Both the position numbers and the translations under genes were made by a program. DNA of 52,383 bases, the filler included, from Bipalium vagum (Eukaryota), in the NCBI GenBank assembly GCA_037834085.1. It is 2 parts of 2 records of this genome, joined end to end, with 100 filler letters (N's around TTAATTAATTAA, not from the genome) between each part and the next. Parts side by side here need not be neighbours in the genome. Positions count along the whole stretch, not along the records: positions 1 to 20,757 come from JBBMKC010247423.1; positions 20,858 to 52,383 come from JBBMKC010248075.1. One strand, 5' to 3'. The notes beneath the pieces are model-generated. The model made no database searches and was not told the DNA's origin. It saw nothing but the letters and a program-made list of their open reading frames with translations. Positions 12,701-24,951 of the stretch are shown in pieces (position 1 is the stretch's first letter; each line of letters begins with the position of its first letter).

Positions 12701-15401
12701 TATTCAGTTCAAAAACTACAGAAATATGTTGAAATGATTCTGCACCACTTTTATATAAAGAATTTTTTGTATTTGAAGTTCCACAAAACACCAACGCAAG
12801 CTCATCTTTACTCTCCGAAAATAACTATACATTCTATTAATCACATTTGTAGTAAGAAGTTGTTAACCTTCTTTTGAATGAGGGACTCAATTGCTAACAC
12901 CGCAGAATTGTTCCCCATATGCTCTCCAACATCAAGAACTATGGATATGTGTTCCTGGAAATTATGTAACAAATTAAAAATAAAGTAAAATTAAATTAAA
13001 GTATTAAATACAAATAAGCAAGAAAAATGAATAAATTAATCAAATGAAAAATTCAAATTTAAAAATTATAAATATTATATAATAAAACAATTGAATAATA
13101 ATTGAAACTTTCAAATTTGATATTATTTATTATAAGTTAAAAATAAACAATATTAATATAGTTAAAAGTTGTCTAAATTTTATTTGTAATAAATTTAAGA
13201 TTTTTGTTTTTTATTTTAATTTTTTAGTAATTAATAATTAAATTTTATAAGTTTTAATTATTTTTATTTTTCTAATAAAATTAATAAACATTGAGAATAC
13301 TCTTAAATTTATTTTTGGAAATAATTTAATTATGATAAACCATTATTATTTTTATCTAATCATACTAATTAGTGTAATTATTATATTGGTTAATCAGCAT
13401 TTTTAATGGCAAAAGAAACAATATTGTCATGTAGTAATTTTTTAGCAGCTTTAGTTTATGTTATTGTGATACTTACGTTTCCATTTTCCATGTTTTTTTG
13501 CTTAAAAGTAACAATGGAATATGAAAGAGCTGTTATATTTCGACTAGGAAGAACTAAATCCAAAACGAAACCAGAAGGCCCAGGATTAATTTTCATTTTG
13601 CCATGCCTTGAAGAAATAAAAATTGTTGATATGAGAACTTTGACATTTAACATACCTCCACAAGAAATACTAACAAAAGATTCAGTAACTATTAGTGTGG
13701 ATGCCGTTGTTTATTATCGTATCTTTAACGCAATATTATCAGTAACTAATGTAGAAGATGTGGACAGATCAACCAGAATTTTAGCTCAAACGACATTACG
13801 CAATGCACTTGGAACAAAGAATTTAGCAGATATTTTGTTGGATCGAGATGAGTTGTCTCACATAATGCAATCCACCTTAGATGAAGCTACAAATGTTTGG
13901 GGCGTTGCTGTAGAAAGAGTTGAGATAAAAGACGTAAGACTTCCACAACAATTACAAAGAGCTATGGCTGCTGAAGCTGAAGCTACAAGAGAAGCTAAGG
14001 CTAAATTTATTGCTGCTGAAGGTGAAAAGATGTCATCATATGCTTTAAAAGATGCCGCTGATCAATTGATGAAAAGTCCAATAGCAATGAAACTAAGATA
14101 TATTCAAAGTCTTGCTTCAATTTCTGGAGAAAAGAATTCAATGATATTATTTCCAGTTTCATTAGATTTTTATAATATTGATTAACTTATTAAAAAAATA
14201 TTTAATACACCATTATTTTTCATTTGCATGAAATTTATATTATTCATAACATGTTTTATTACTTTGTTATTTTATAAATAAAGAATTTTATTTGTGAAAT
14301 TTGGCTTGTATTATTAATTTAATATAAAGCCGTACTCAAAATTGCATTGAATAATTTATTAATTTTAATTAAATTAACATTCACAAAAAATTAATGTTAT
14401 TTTGTAAAATTGTAATTTTAAAACAAATTTGAAATCCTATTTCACTCTTAAAAGTCTATTAAATACTAAAAAATAAAATATATGGTAATATTTTATTTAA
14501 TTTTGAGATTTCAGAAAATTAAAAATTTAAGTGATAGACGAAAATTGAGTAATTTAAATAAATACAGTAATTTTTACTTAGAATTATGAAACAAGAATTT
14601 AACAAAATCTTGACTCAATTAGTAAAACAAAAATATTAACATAAAACTCTTAAGAAAGTACCAATGATAATAATATATTTGAAATATAAATTATATTTAT
14701 TATTAGAAAAATTAAAGGAAAAGTATATATATAAATAGGAAACCAGGAATAATTTGTCAAGTCCTTTCACAAATATCTTAACATAATAATTTTCATTCGT
14801 TCAGAACAGTGTTTAAAGTTAAATAGTTTGGATAAATAATTTTAAAAAATATTAAAATAATATATAAAGAGATCCTTTAAAAATTCATTTAACGCTCACT
14901 TATACATTTATAAATTATAAAAAATTTAGATAAAGATAAAGATTCTCTTATTTATACTATTTAAGATGTTCCTTTTTGTTAAGTGCTTTAATGAAAATTT
15001 ATTAAAAATTATACCATGCATTTAGACAACATTATTAATATCCACGCAAAAGTGAAATACTTAGATTTTCTTGAAAAATGTGCTTATTTTTCTTTTAATT
15101 TTTAAAAATCCATGTATTAAGCAGCTTTGTAAAATAAAAAGCATTAAAAATGTGGATAATAGAGAAAATATATCATAAGGCTATTATATGTAAAAATTTT
15201 ATGATCATTCTTAATACTATATGAATTCCTGGTTCATTCGATTTGGAGGTATCAGTAAACTCATTCGCTCCAAATAATAGATGATTAGAAATTTACTTTT
15301 AACGAGTGGTCGGAAAGTTGTAGCACAAAAATAAACAGATTCTACTAAGTCACTTCTTTAATATTTATTTTAATATTTTTTACCTTTGTTGTGTAATACA
15401 T
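6778..15401 (-). CDS. XRCC5: Ku80 (X-ray repair cross-complementing protein 5), multi-exon
   Basis: GT-AG spliced model: MYYTTK (15384-15401) | EHISIVLDVG..IQKK (12868-12954) | LFSESKDELALVFCGT.. | ..GRKRIILFSNF.. | ..DIIKG|FKYGKSIIP.. | ..MVAIVRRVYSKASSPRLGLLIP.. | ..LVYCEIAFGEDIRTYCFPNL..AVDSLIDHLML | ..NPVIQYFYQC.. (about 9260-9548) | ..DPIGDFRTLL..FYEKAVLCLYELRKQCI..FWKFIV | ..DDEMSAL | FDDM* (6778-6792). This covers the vWA, core and C-terminal domains. The first 18-nt exon is the least certain part. Confidence 0.93.
7921..8700 (-). mobile_element. Highly decayed mariner remnant in a Ku80 intron
   Basis: Minus-strand WFSHHNKRPC resembles mariner LHHDNARPH; many stops; boundaries approximate. 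Confidence 0.35.
13406..14185 (+). CDS. Stomatin / band 7 (SPFH) family protein, intronless, 259 aa
   Basis: Hydrophobic hairpin ILTFPFSMFFCLK, then EYERAVIFRLGR, GPGLIFILPC, PPQEILTKDSVTISVDAVVYYRI, AQTTLRNALG, WGVAVERVEIKDVRLPQQLQRAMAAEAEATREAKAK, LRYIQSL. AATAAA near 14277. Confidence 0.95.
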   Translation: MAKETILSCSNFLAALVYVIVILTFPFSMFFCLKVTMEYERAVIFRLGRTKSKTKPEGPGLIFILPCLEEIKIVDMRTLTFNIPPQEILTKDSVTISVDAVVYYRIFNAILSVTNVEDVDRSTRILAQTTLRNALGTKNLADILLDRDELSHIMQSTLDEATNVWGVAVERVEIKDVRLPQQLQRAMAAEAEATREAKAKFIAAEGEKMSSYALKDAADQLMKSPIAMKLRYIQSLASISGEKNSMILFPVSLDFYNID

Positions 15402-15757
15402 TTTTAATAGTTTGTAACTGACATTTATATTTAAATCATTTTTGTTGCTCTAACTGCTGTGTCACATTTACCTTATAATATTTCGGATAACACGTCTTAT
15501 CAACTTCAGACATTTTTATTTTTTCGATCTCAGTTCTTAGATTGGTTTAAATTATTTTTCTTGATGATGTTAAGAGCTGCAAATGGACTTGTACATACTC
15601 ACTTGAAATTTGACGATACGAATATTCAATTTGTAATTTAATTTGTAATTCAATTTGTAATTGGAAAATAATATTATTGACAAATTCGGGTGGTGTCAGT
15701 TTCATTTTTGTCTAAAATTTGTAATTTAACGTTAATTATTAAAAAGATTAAAATTAT

Positions 15758-16320
15758 AGTGTGTATCAAAAGAAGTAGTGCAACTTTGAACAGTAATAAT
15801 TTTAAAACCTTAAATAGTATTTCAAATATTTTTATTTTATACAAAAAATGAAGAAAAGATGTACAAACTGATAAAAACTATACATGATAAACACCTTTAT
15901 TATAAATCTGGCTTAGTTTCTTTGTCAAATTGTTAAATAATGATTTTACCTGATTTTGAGCCACTCTCTCGGATATTCTAGACCAATTGGTTTTGAAAAT
16001 TTTAAGATTATATTGTTTCAAGCCCCAAAAATTTTCGATAGGACGCGATTGAGGTAGGTCAGGAGGATTTTTTTGTTTCGGTAATCATTTGATATTATTT
16101 TTCTCTAATTCCTCCAATACATCTTTTGTATAATGCATGGTGGCCAAATCTGGCCAAAAAGAGACATTTTCGGCATCAATAGATATCAAAAAGGTAACTA
16201 ATCTTTTCCTAATACATTCTTTTAAATAAATATTGCTTCTCATTGCACTAAATGTAAGACAGGCTTATTTTTCTCGAGGAAGAAATTGCTTGCCAAACTA
16301 AAAATGTTTTATAATATTTT
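15758..16320 (-). mobile_element. Tc1/mariner-superfamily transposase 3' remnant
   Basis: Minus-strand VWQAISS, FWPDLATMHYTKDVLEEL and NPPDLPQSRPIENFWG; TIR-like TAGTGTGTATCAAAAGAAGTAGTGCAAC near 15757. Confidence 0.65.
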
Positions 16321-17736
16321 TCTTTTTTAATAACCTTTTGTTAAGTCTCATTCGATAGATCTGGATATCTATTGCATCCTCACGGATTTTGAATTTGACT
16401 TTCCTGATGGCCACATCAGTGTTCAGTTCAGTACTCAAAACGCTTTCAGACCCTTTCGTCACAGATACGGCATACTTATTATCATCTAGTTTCTGTATGC
16501 TAACGTCCATGTCAGCGATGTCGAGTGTTTTCATTAATCCTACTACATGAAGTGTAATAGATTGACAGTAATCTGTGTTCATTTTATCTTTAAAATATTG
16601 ATTAAATATAATTTGTTACATTTCTTACAAAAATTAGACATCGAAAAGGTTGTATGAGTAAAATGCCTTACCAAATACTTGGTTTGAATCTTCTGGTACA
16701 TAAAGGGAAATGTTTTTATATTTATTAACTTAAATATTCACTTGATTAATTTGTAACTTTGAGTAAATATATATCTGCCAAAAAAGCTGGTTATGATAAT
16801 CTTGAACATTTAATTTTAAAAATATTAAATAAATTTAGAAATGAAATAATACATAAAATGAATAACATTCACAATCCAACACCAAGTGAAAAAAATGAAA
16901 TAGATTTAGTAAAATTAATTATGAGAGTTATAATATCACTTAATTAAGGTTTACCAAGAATTTCAAAATCTATAAAAGCAGAAAAATTTTAAAGATTCAA
17001 AAATTCTTCTTTGTGAAAACAGAAAAATCACCAAATGAACTCCACAAAGAATTTAGAAAACATAAAAATATCTTAAAGGATAAAGATTATAATAAGGATG
17101 TATTTTGGTCGACAGATTTAACCTGTGTACCAGAAAAAAGGGCATATAAAATAATTCTAAAAATTATGGAGTTATGCTTCTGGTGTTCCTTTAAAAAATA
17201 AAACCGCAAAAAATCTATAAAATCTATAATTGGAGACTGCCAAAGAAAATCTAAAACTTTTGTTTGATAAAGGATATTGAATTTTATAATAAAAAATTTG
17301 AGGTTTTTGTGATGATAATGAAATAAAAATTTATCCAACTGAAAGTAAAGGATTATGTATTTTAACAGACTCTGTCAAAAAAGATACCTGATGGAAACGA
17401 TTGGTGAAAAATGATACTCGAAAAACAAGCACAAATATTGAAAAATAAACACAAATAATATTCTATTTACAAATTTTTAAAATAAAAAATTAATTTCTTA
17501 ATTAATTAATTGAATATTTTGTCGCCATATCCATTCATATCGATATAATTCCTAAGACGCCTTTCATTGACACGATCTTAGTCTTCAGTTCCCCCGAATC
17601 CATTCAATTCTTTTAGTGTAAATATCTTTAGACTGTTTGAAATAGGCTCTCCATTTCGTGTAGCAACGGCATGAAACATAACCGGTGTTTATTTTTGAAG
17701 TGCAAGTAAACCGAAAATGGTTACATATTTTACCTA

Positions 17737-18542
17737 CATGGTGCGACACAAAAATAATGAGACTGATGTTGGAAGTTTTATTTTATCACAAAGTATGTAC
17801 AACTATTTATTGTCTCCTTCAAAATATGATTCATCCCAATTCACAAACATCTGCAAGTGCTCTTTCCACCGTTCAAAACAATGCTGCAGGTCGCCAATCC
17901 TGAGATTGTGTAATAGCTCTGGCGTCCTAGTCTGTACTTTTTCAATACTTGCAAAATGCACACCTTTAAGAGCCGATTTTATTTTTGGGAATAGAAAAAA
18001 ATCACAAGGTGCTAAATCAGGAGAGTATGGAAGATGTTCAAGTTCAGTTATATTTTTGCTGCTCAAATAAAGCTTGACTGATAACGCTTTGTGGGGTGGA
18101 GCGTTGTCATGGTTCAAAATCAACCAGTTTTTTCACAACACAGGACGCTTCCTACTGACATTGTCTCGCAATCCTTTCAAAACTTCTTTATAATAATGTT
18201 GGTTAACGGTCTGACCACTGGGAACCCATTCGGTCATAATGATACCTTGGATATCAAAGAAAATAATAAGCATTATCTTGAACGTGGAATGAGTCATGCT
18301 GCTTTTTTCATTTTTGGCAATGATGGTGATTTACAATGCATGAATTGACGTTTAGTTTCTGGATCATACTGAAATATCCACGTCTCATCACCCGTAATAA
18401 TGTTATTTAAAAAACTATTATCTTCATCAATTCGTTCCAAGATATGAGAACAAACATTGGCTCTGTTTTGTCTTTGTTCGTATGACAAGACATTAGGAAC
18501 AAATTTTGCACAAACTTTCTTCATGCCTAAGGAATGCGTCAT
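17737..18542 (-). mobile_element. mariner (DD34D) transposon, 5'-truncated pseudogene
   Basis: KKVCAKFVP, IITGDETWIFQYDPETKRQ, HDNAPPH, LPYSPDLAPCDFFLFPKIK, YFEGD. One TIR (TA|CATGGTGCGACACAAAAATAATGAGACT) at 17735. Confidence 0.92.
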
Positions 18543-19344
18543 AGAGGTAAGACTAAGAGTATTGAAAACCCTGGTTTTTATAAATTAATTTGTAAAATGT
18601 TCATTTATATTAGTAATATCATATTTATATTTGATATATATCATCTAATATATTTATTTCATAATTATACTGTGGAGTATTTGGGCATATTTGAATTTAA
18701 AATTTTTCTAAAGTGTTTAAAATCTAATATTTATTTTAAATGTTATGGCTTAAAATTTTTACGTGTTTAAAAATTTTCTGGCATTATATTGGTTTGTTAG
18801 AAAACTGAATTTTTAAAAATATATTATTATGTTTAAAAACATTACTAAATTTTAAATCATATCAGTTTACTGCTATTAAAAATATTATTAAAATGATTAA
18901 AAAACGATCAACGTTTTTTTATTTCATTTTAACTAAATTTTATTTCAGCAAAAAACATTGAAAATTTTAATTAGATTATTGATAGGTTAATATAGTTTAC
19001 AAATCAGAAAAGCTTGCTGGAAAAGTGAGCATAATGTTTTTAAAAACAAACACTCACGGTTAAGTAGTTTCCGGTTCTTTCGACTTCTTAATAAGGGGCT
19101 TAACAACGTATCAGTTTTTCCAAGATTAAAATGTTTTTCAATCGTACTGTTACCGTAAATATTCTACCACCGCCTCTTTCAAAACCACAAAAATTTCAAC
19201 TTCTTTCAATATAATGACTATGGTGATATTCCTGTTTTTAGAATTTGGAATTGTCAATTCCCACAATTTTTCTTTTTCTGCCTTGCTTTTCCAATTATAT
19301 AAAAATCGAAAAAATGTCATTTCATCTAAAGTAAATATTTTCCG

Positions 19345-19925
19345 AATGAACAAATTATCAATAAACCAGCGAATAGATATTTATATAAAAATATTAATAT
19401 AAAAAATCATTATGCGAATGAATCATATAAAGTGGCATCTGTTCGAAAATTTAATTCTATTTTTGGTCACCTCAATGCTTCTTCTCGCAATACGGTTGTA
19501 AATTTATTACAAAAATTTAAGCTATATGGGACAGTTGAAGACCAAAAATCCCCAGGTCGTACCTGCACCACTGGATCGAATAAAGTCACAGTCAATTTTT
19601 TCCAAAAATTCTTCAACCTCAATTCATCTTTGGAATCAATAAATCAAAATTTCAAGACATCTTATTAATGAGTGTTGGCAAAATTTATGCATTTGCTTGC
19701 ATATAAAGTTCCAATCATTAAAACCAGTAGATCATGTAAACAAAAGGGCTTTCGAGCCTGGGTTTTGGAATAAGGGAAAAGGTGATTAAATTTCGAAAAA
19801 AGTATTTTTTGTGACGAAGCACATTTCAATCTTAATGGTTAAGTCAACAAACAAAAATGTCGAATTTTGGGATCGGAAAACCCAATGTTTGTGCATGAGC
19901 ATACGATGTATTCTGATCGGGTATT
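19345..19925 (+). mobile_element. maT/DD37D-like Tc1/mariner transposase 5' remnant
   Basis: VRKFNSIFG..SRNTVVNLLQKFKLYGTVED..SPGR, then FCDEAHFNLNG*VNKQKCRILGSENP. Confidence 0.7.
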
Positions 19926-20030
19926 TTTTTAATAATCATTTTGCTTTTTCTTTATACTAATTTTATTTTTTATTAAGTTAATAATGTTTGGACATTTTTG
20001 TGTTTGAGAACAAACACAGTTAAAGATTGT

Positions 20031-20080
20031 AATAATAATAACAATAATAATAAATAATAATTATAATAATAATTATAATA
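20031..20080. repeat. Imperfect (AAT)n microsatellite
   Basis: aataataataacaataataataaataataattataataataattataata. Confidence 0.8.
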
Positions 20081-20757
20081 ACGTATATAAATAATAAAAT
20101 ACATATTACGAATAATAGTTATAAACATAAATATTGATAAGAATCAATCTCTCCGACTTGAGATCTGATTTCCAAATGGCTAATCTCAATTATAAAATCA
20201 GTTCTCAGCTCTACAGATAAAAAATTATTGAAATAAAGCAAAGTTAATAACGTGTATAACAAAAATTTGGATAAAAATATGCGCTCATTTTTAAACACTT
20301 TTGGTCATGTTTTAATATATCGGTATTTATTTTATTAATAGATAAGTTTCTGTTAGCTCATTATTTGATATGACTTCAAAATTAGAATTAAGAAAAGGTT
20401 TATATCAGTTTGCTGGAAGCATGCTAAAACGCTAATTGTTGAGATATATAAGAACAGAAATATTTCAACAGCAAATATGTCGCGCAATTTATGATTGCGA
20501 AAATATTGTTCCAGTCGAAAGAAGAAAAGTGGTAAGCCTCATGCCTTGAACTTGTTAAGATCCTAAGTTGATGGATAAAAAGATGTTAAAGGTCGGAGCG
20601 TAAATGTGCCTTAGGTCTTAACGGTTGAAGGTTGCTTAGGTTGCGTTCGGTTAATTAAACAAACTAAGAAAACGATTTTTGGTTTAATACTTTTATTTAA
20701 ACTTAATATCAAAATTATTATTATAATTACAATGAGTGATAACAATTCTGACCGATT

Positions 20758-20857
20758 NNNNNNNNNNNNNNNNNNNNNNNNNNNNNNNNNNNNNNNNNNN
20801 NTTAATTAATTAANNNNNNNNNNNNNNNNNNNNNNNNNNNNNNNNNNNNNNNNNNNN
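20758..20857. other. Assembly linker: 44 N + TTAATTAATTAA (20802-20813) + 44 N
   Basis: Exactly 100 nt, symmetric, with a 12-mer that places stops in all six frames. Confidence 0.95.
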
Positions 20858-23800
20858 GACAGGAATCCATTAGCCTGATCAAAAAAATAATCCCCACGGC
20901 GGGATTTTGTCATTATACTAATGACACAAAAAAAATTTTATCCTTAGAAAAATTATTTTAAAATATTCTTATTAATATTATTTTAAAATTATTTTTTTTA
21001 TAAACCCCAACACATCTAATCATAACCATTTTTTCTAGAATAGTCTTGGTTGAAAATAGTAATTATATATATATAATCTTAATTTTTGGTAACCTTTTTT
21101 ATTTTCGGTTCTCAAACTGTCTTTTAATCCTCCCTGATTCCAATGATTTTCTTATGGTCCGTTTGCTATGATGGAAAAATAAAATGAGAAAAATATTGAA
21201 AAACTTTGACAAATTTTATTCAATAACCATTCAAGGAAAATAAAGTAACTTTGATCCGACCATTTCTTCTTTCCAGTTTGCTCATTTCACCTCAGAATTC
21301 TATTATATTTTTTCTTCCATTTTACTACAATTTCTATTTATAATGTCGATTGACTCTCGAGATTCTTCTACTCCATTATATAGGAGTCAGAGTTTCTTCC
21401 CCAGCCAATGAATATTAAACTTTTCTATCACTTAATGGATAAACCAGGAGCTTTCAATTATTCAACTCAGCTCGAAAGTATTGGACTGAGATGAATAGTT
21501 AATTCTACGGCTGTCTTAAAACCAGCAATCTTTCCTTTTCTAATAGTCAATGAAATATCCTGGAGTTTTTAATTATTCAGCTCCCTGAACGAATTCGTCT
21601 CAGTTGAATAATTAATTATCCTTTAAGTCTCATAAATGAAAAAGCTTTAAAAATGTACGTTTATTTAATTTAGAAAAAGAATAATTAAATTTTTTAGGAA
21701 TTTTGAAGTATTATTAAATATTATCACTTTTTATTATCAATTACGAAGATTACCATTGTCATCATCAATTATGATTATTATTATTCTGGAATTCAAATTC
21801 TCTTAAAAAAGAAATATAAATATTTTCCGATTGACTTTAGCTTAAAGAAAAAAAATCGTTCTAATTATAATTTTGAAATGAGGTATTCTTCGGTCATGTT
21901 TTTTTCAATGATTTACCAATTTTTACCTCAGCACGATTCTGTCGAATCTTTTCGATTGTAATGTCTTTTTCATTGTAGTACTTGTTTTCTGTGGACTTTC
22001 TTTCTTTTTCAATGTCATTTAATGTAGAATTCATTATTATTAGTGGTTGCGATGATAGAGATTGCGTCTGTTAGAGATTAGAGTGCTGAGGCTGGGAAGG
22101 GTTGTGGTGAGAGTAGTTCTGGTGGTTGACATTAATACTTTGTTTATGTTTATTGAGCAGCAAAAGTTATTTTCTTCTACCCTATCATTAAACTTCACTG
22201 ACAATTCATACACACCGAGGTTGTTTAACCTTAATATCTTTAATTAGTCATTACGGACGTTTGACTCTGGGTGCCCACGTGGTTCACTTGTGAGTTCAAA
22301 ATTATCTATACAAAATTGATATTGTCTGCTGTGTATTACAATGGAGCCAAACACTATTAATGTTTAGAGCGGTCTGCAATGCAGCGGTTCCTGGTGAAAA
22401 CTCATAATTCTTTCAAAAATGATTATTATACTGTAATGATCAGCAAGTGTTCAAATTCTCTAAAATGTATCTTTAACATAACCTGTTCATTTGGATGGAA
22501 TTTTATTTGTATAACACAGAAATTTTTTCTCTTTTTTGTAGAAAAAATCGTGCAATAGTTATCTGAGATCTTGTTTTTTACTCTATTTTCTGTGCTTGTA
22601 AATAATTTTCCAAGTAATGAGGAATAAATCAGTAGGAGCCAAAAATAAATTATGAATATCAGAAGTATAATAAGTGATTGTGGTAAAATTCAATCATTCT
22701 TTTTTTCGGCTAAATCTTGAAATTCTCCCGGATTTTTCCAAACACAAATTTTAATTCATTACCTTTTTTAGTAATTTATTCATACATTTACAAACTCAAT
22801 TGATTTATAAAAATATTATGTATTTAAATAAATACAATTACAGAAATAAAAACACCTACAAATGTCATTTTGATTCATTATTGAATGAATTTATTAAAAA
22901 CTTGATTTTTAATTTAATCTTGTCTCTAATGAAATAGAATAAATGTTCAATATTATAGAAATACTTTACTCTTCATTACAGTGGTATAAATTTATTCAAA
23001 AAAAATTTTTCTTCATCAAGTTAATTCTAATAAAAGGGTGCAGTCAATATTGTGCGAATTTTTTTTAGTACTAATGATTAAAAGATTTACTTAAAACAAA
23101 AGAATACCAAAGATATCCAAACTAAGAGCAACTACCAAAGTGAAAATTTTCTAATCGTTTCAATATATCTTATAATAACAATTCATAGACTTCAAATTCT
23201 CCTATTTGAATACAGAAAGTATTAAGCAGATTTATTTTCTTAATATAATTTTAACAACAATAATACTCTTTAACTATAACAGTAATACATACTAAACTAT
23301 TAGTAACTTAATAAGCTCTTAATACTTAGAAATACTAAAATAGCTCTAAATTAATAAAAATTTGGATCGATTTGAAATTTCAATTTGCTATAGAAAATTA
23401 AGTGAAAGTAGTAAAGGAATCTTACTGTGAATTACTTCAGTCAAAAATTAAGAAAAATTCGATTTTAAAAATTAAAGTTAGATTTCGAACATAATATTTC
23501 GAGTCATTATGATATAAACTCGGAACTCCACTGATATCTCATGTTTAATAAGCTTCTACATTAAACTTTATTCAAGTACTTTATAAATTCACATGCTTAC
23601 ACAAAAATTAATATTAAGAATGAGGGCCAATTATTGGTTAAAACAAAATTTCCTCAAATCGCATTACACCCTCCTCCAAATGATTTCAAGGTTCATTTAA
23701 ACATTTTAAATTTTCAATCGATTAACGAAAAACATATTTTCAAGTTGTATTTGAAATATTAAAAAAAGAAGTCCAAAACGCTGAAAATCAATCTCTTCAT

Positions 23801-24188
23801 TAAAAATTCTACGCTGTAATTTCATTCCAAAATCGATCTAATCAACTAGGAAAAAACGAAAATCACAAACCGAAAGTCAAATATATATTGCGCAACTTTC
23901 CTCAAAATGATTTTTTTCTATGAAACAAATGCAAAACTAAAAAAATAAATCTCACCAACACAGAACAACTACCACACGGAAACCCGGTGTCATTGAGATT
24001 TGGAGTCGTCATCTCAATTGGAGATAAGAACGCAACGTCGACGTCAAACATACAATGACGACAACAAAAATCGATAAATCAATAAAGCCTCAACACTCAA
24101 AAATCACTGGATTTGTTTCGATATATTTACACAAACTTACAAAAAAGAACTGAAAATCAATAAACATAAAACCATCATAATCTGGTGA

Positions 24189-24951
24189 TCACAACGTGTA
24201 CTCGTTCTTTCCCATGAAGTTGGCCCAATCCCCCGTGCTCTGAAGTCGTTTGATTTTCGCTCTCACCGACTCAGGTGTACGAGACAAACAAACGGATTCA
24301 CTCTGGATGACGCGTCGCACCTCAGTGATGCTTGGAAGCGTGCCCTGCTTGAAATGGTGACAGAAGAGTTGGACTATTAGCTGGGTTTCGTTGGAGGTGA
24401 ACAGTTTTTTGCTCTGACGATTGTCGTTGAGAATTTCTGAATTGCTGATATTGGTGCTGCCGTTCAACGGCTTCGTGTACTCATCTGACTTGATAGTGAG
24501 GGAATTACTACGGGAACTATTATCACAAATATCCCAAGACGAATCCACTGGAATACTATTGACCCATTCCTGGAGAATTTTCATTTTCTCTTTCATGTTC
24601 AGCGATGGAGGCAGAATCGGAGCTTTGTCATTGTTTTCAATGATTGGTATGTTTTCAGAAACGATCTGAAAATAAAGAGAAAAATTATTAATTTTTTATC
24701 ATTTGAAGTTCGCGATCATCTTATCTACTTGGCAATCATTAGATGATGATTCGTTTTCCTTCTTAAAAATGAAATAATGTTGAAACTTATTCAAGAAAAA
24801 TAAGATTAAAATTACCTTGTATTTATTTTTAAAATCTGAATCAGTCAAAATATTATTATTAACCTGTCAAATATTCTACTGATCATTAGATAATAAAATT
24901 AAGCATTATATTTACTCGTTTCAAAGGATTTATAAGCATTGATATATCCAT
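24189..24951 (-). CDS. Small 4-exon protein (~197 aa) with a C-terminal Myb/SANT-like helical domain
   Basis: Exons 24916-24951 (MDISMLINPLKR), 24816-24863, 24729-24761 and 24189-24665, all phase 0 with GT-AG introns of 52-63 nt. C-terminus KKLFTSNETQLIVQLF..GTLPSITEVRRVI..LSRTPESVRAKIKRL. Confidence 0.65.

Noticed and set aside
15628-15662. Three AATTTGTAATT repeats upstream of the Ku80 start as a regulatory element
   Set aside because: AT-rich slippage explains them and there is no independent support.
16759-17400. Possible Penelope/RT remnant
   Set aside because: Coding-like but no diagnostic motif could be recognised.
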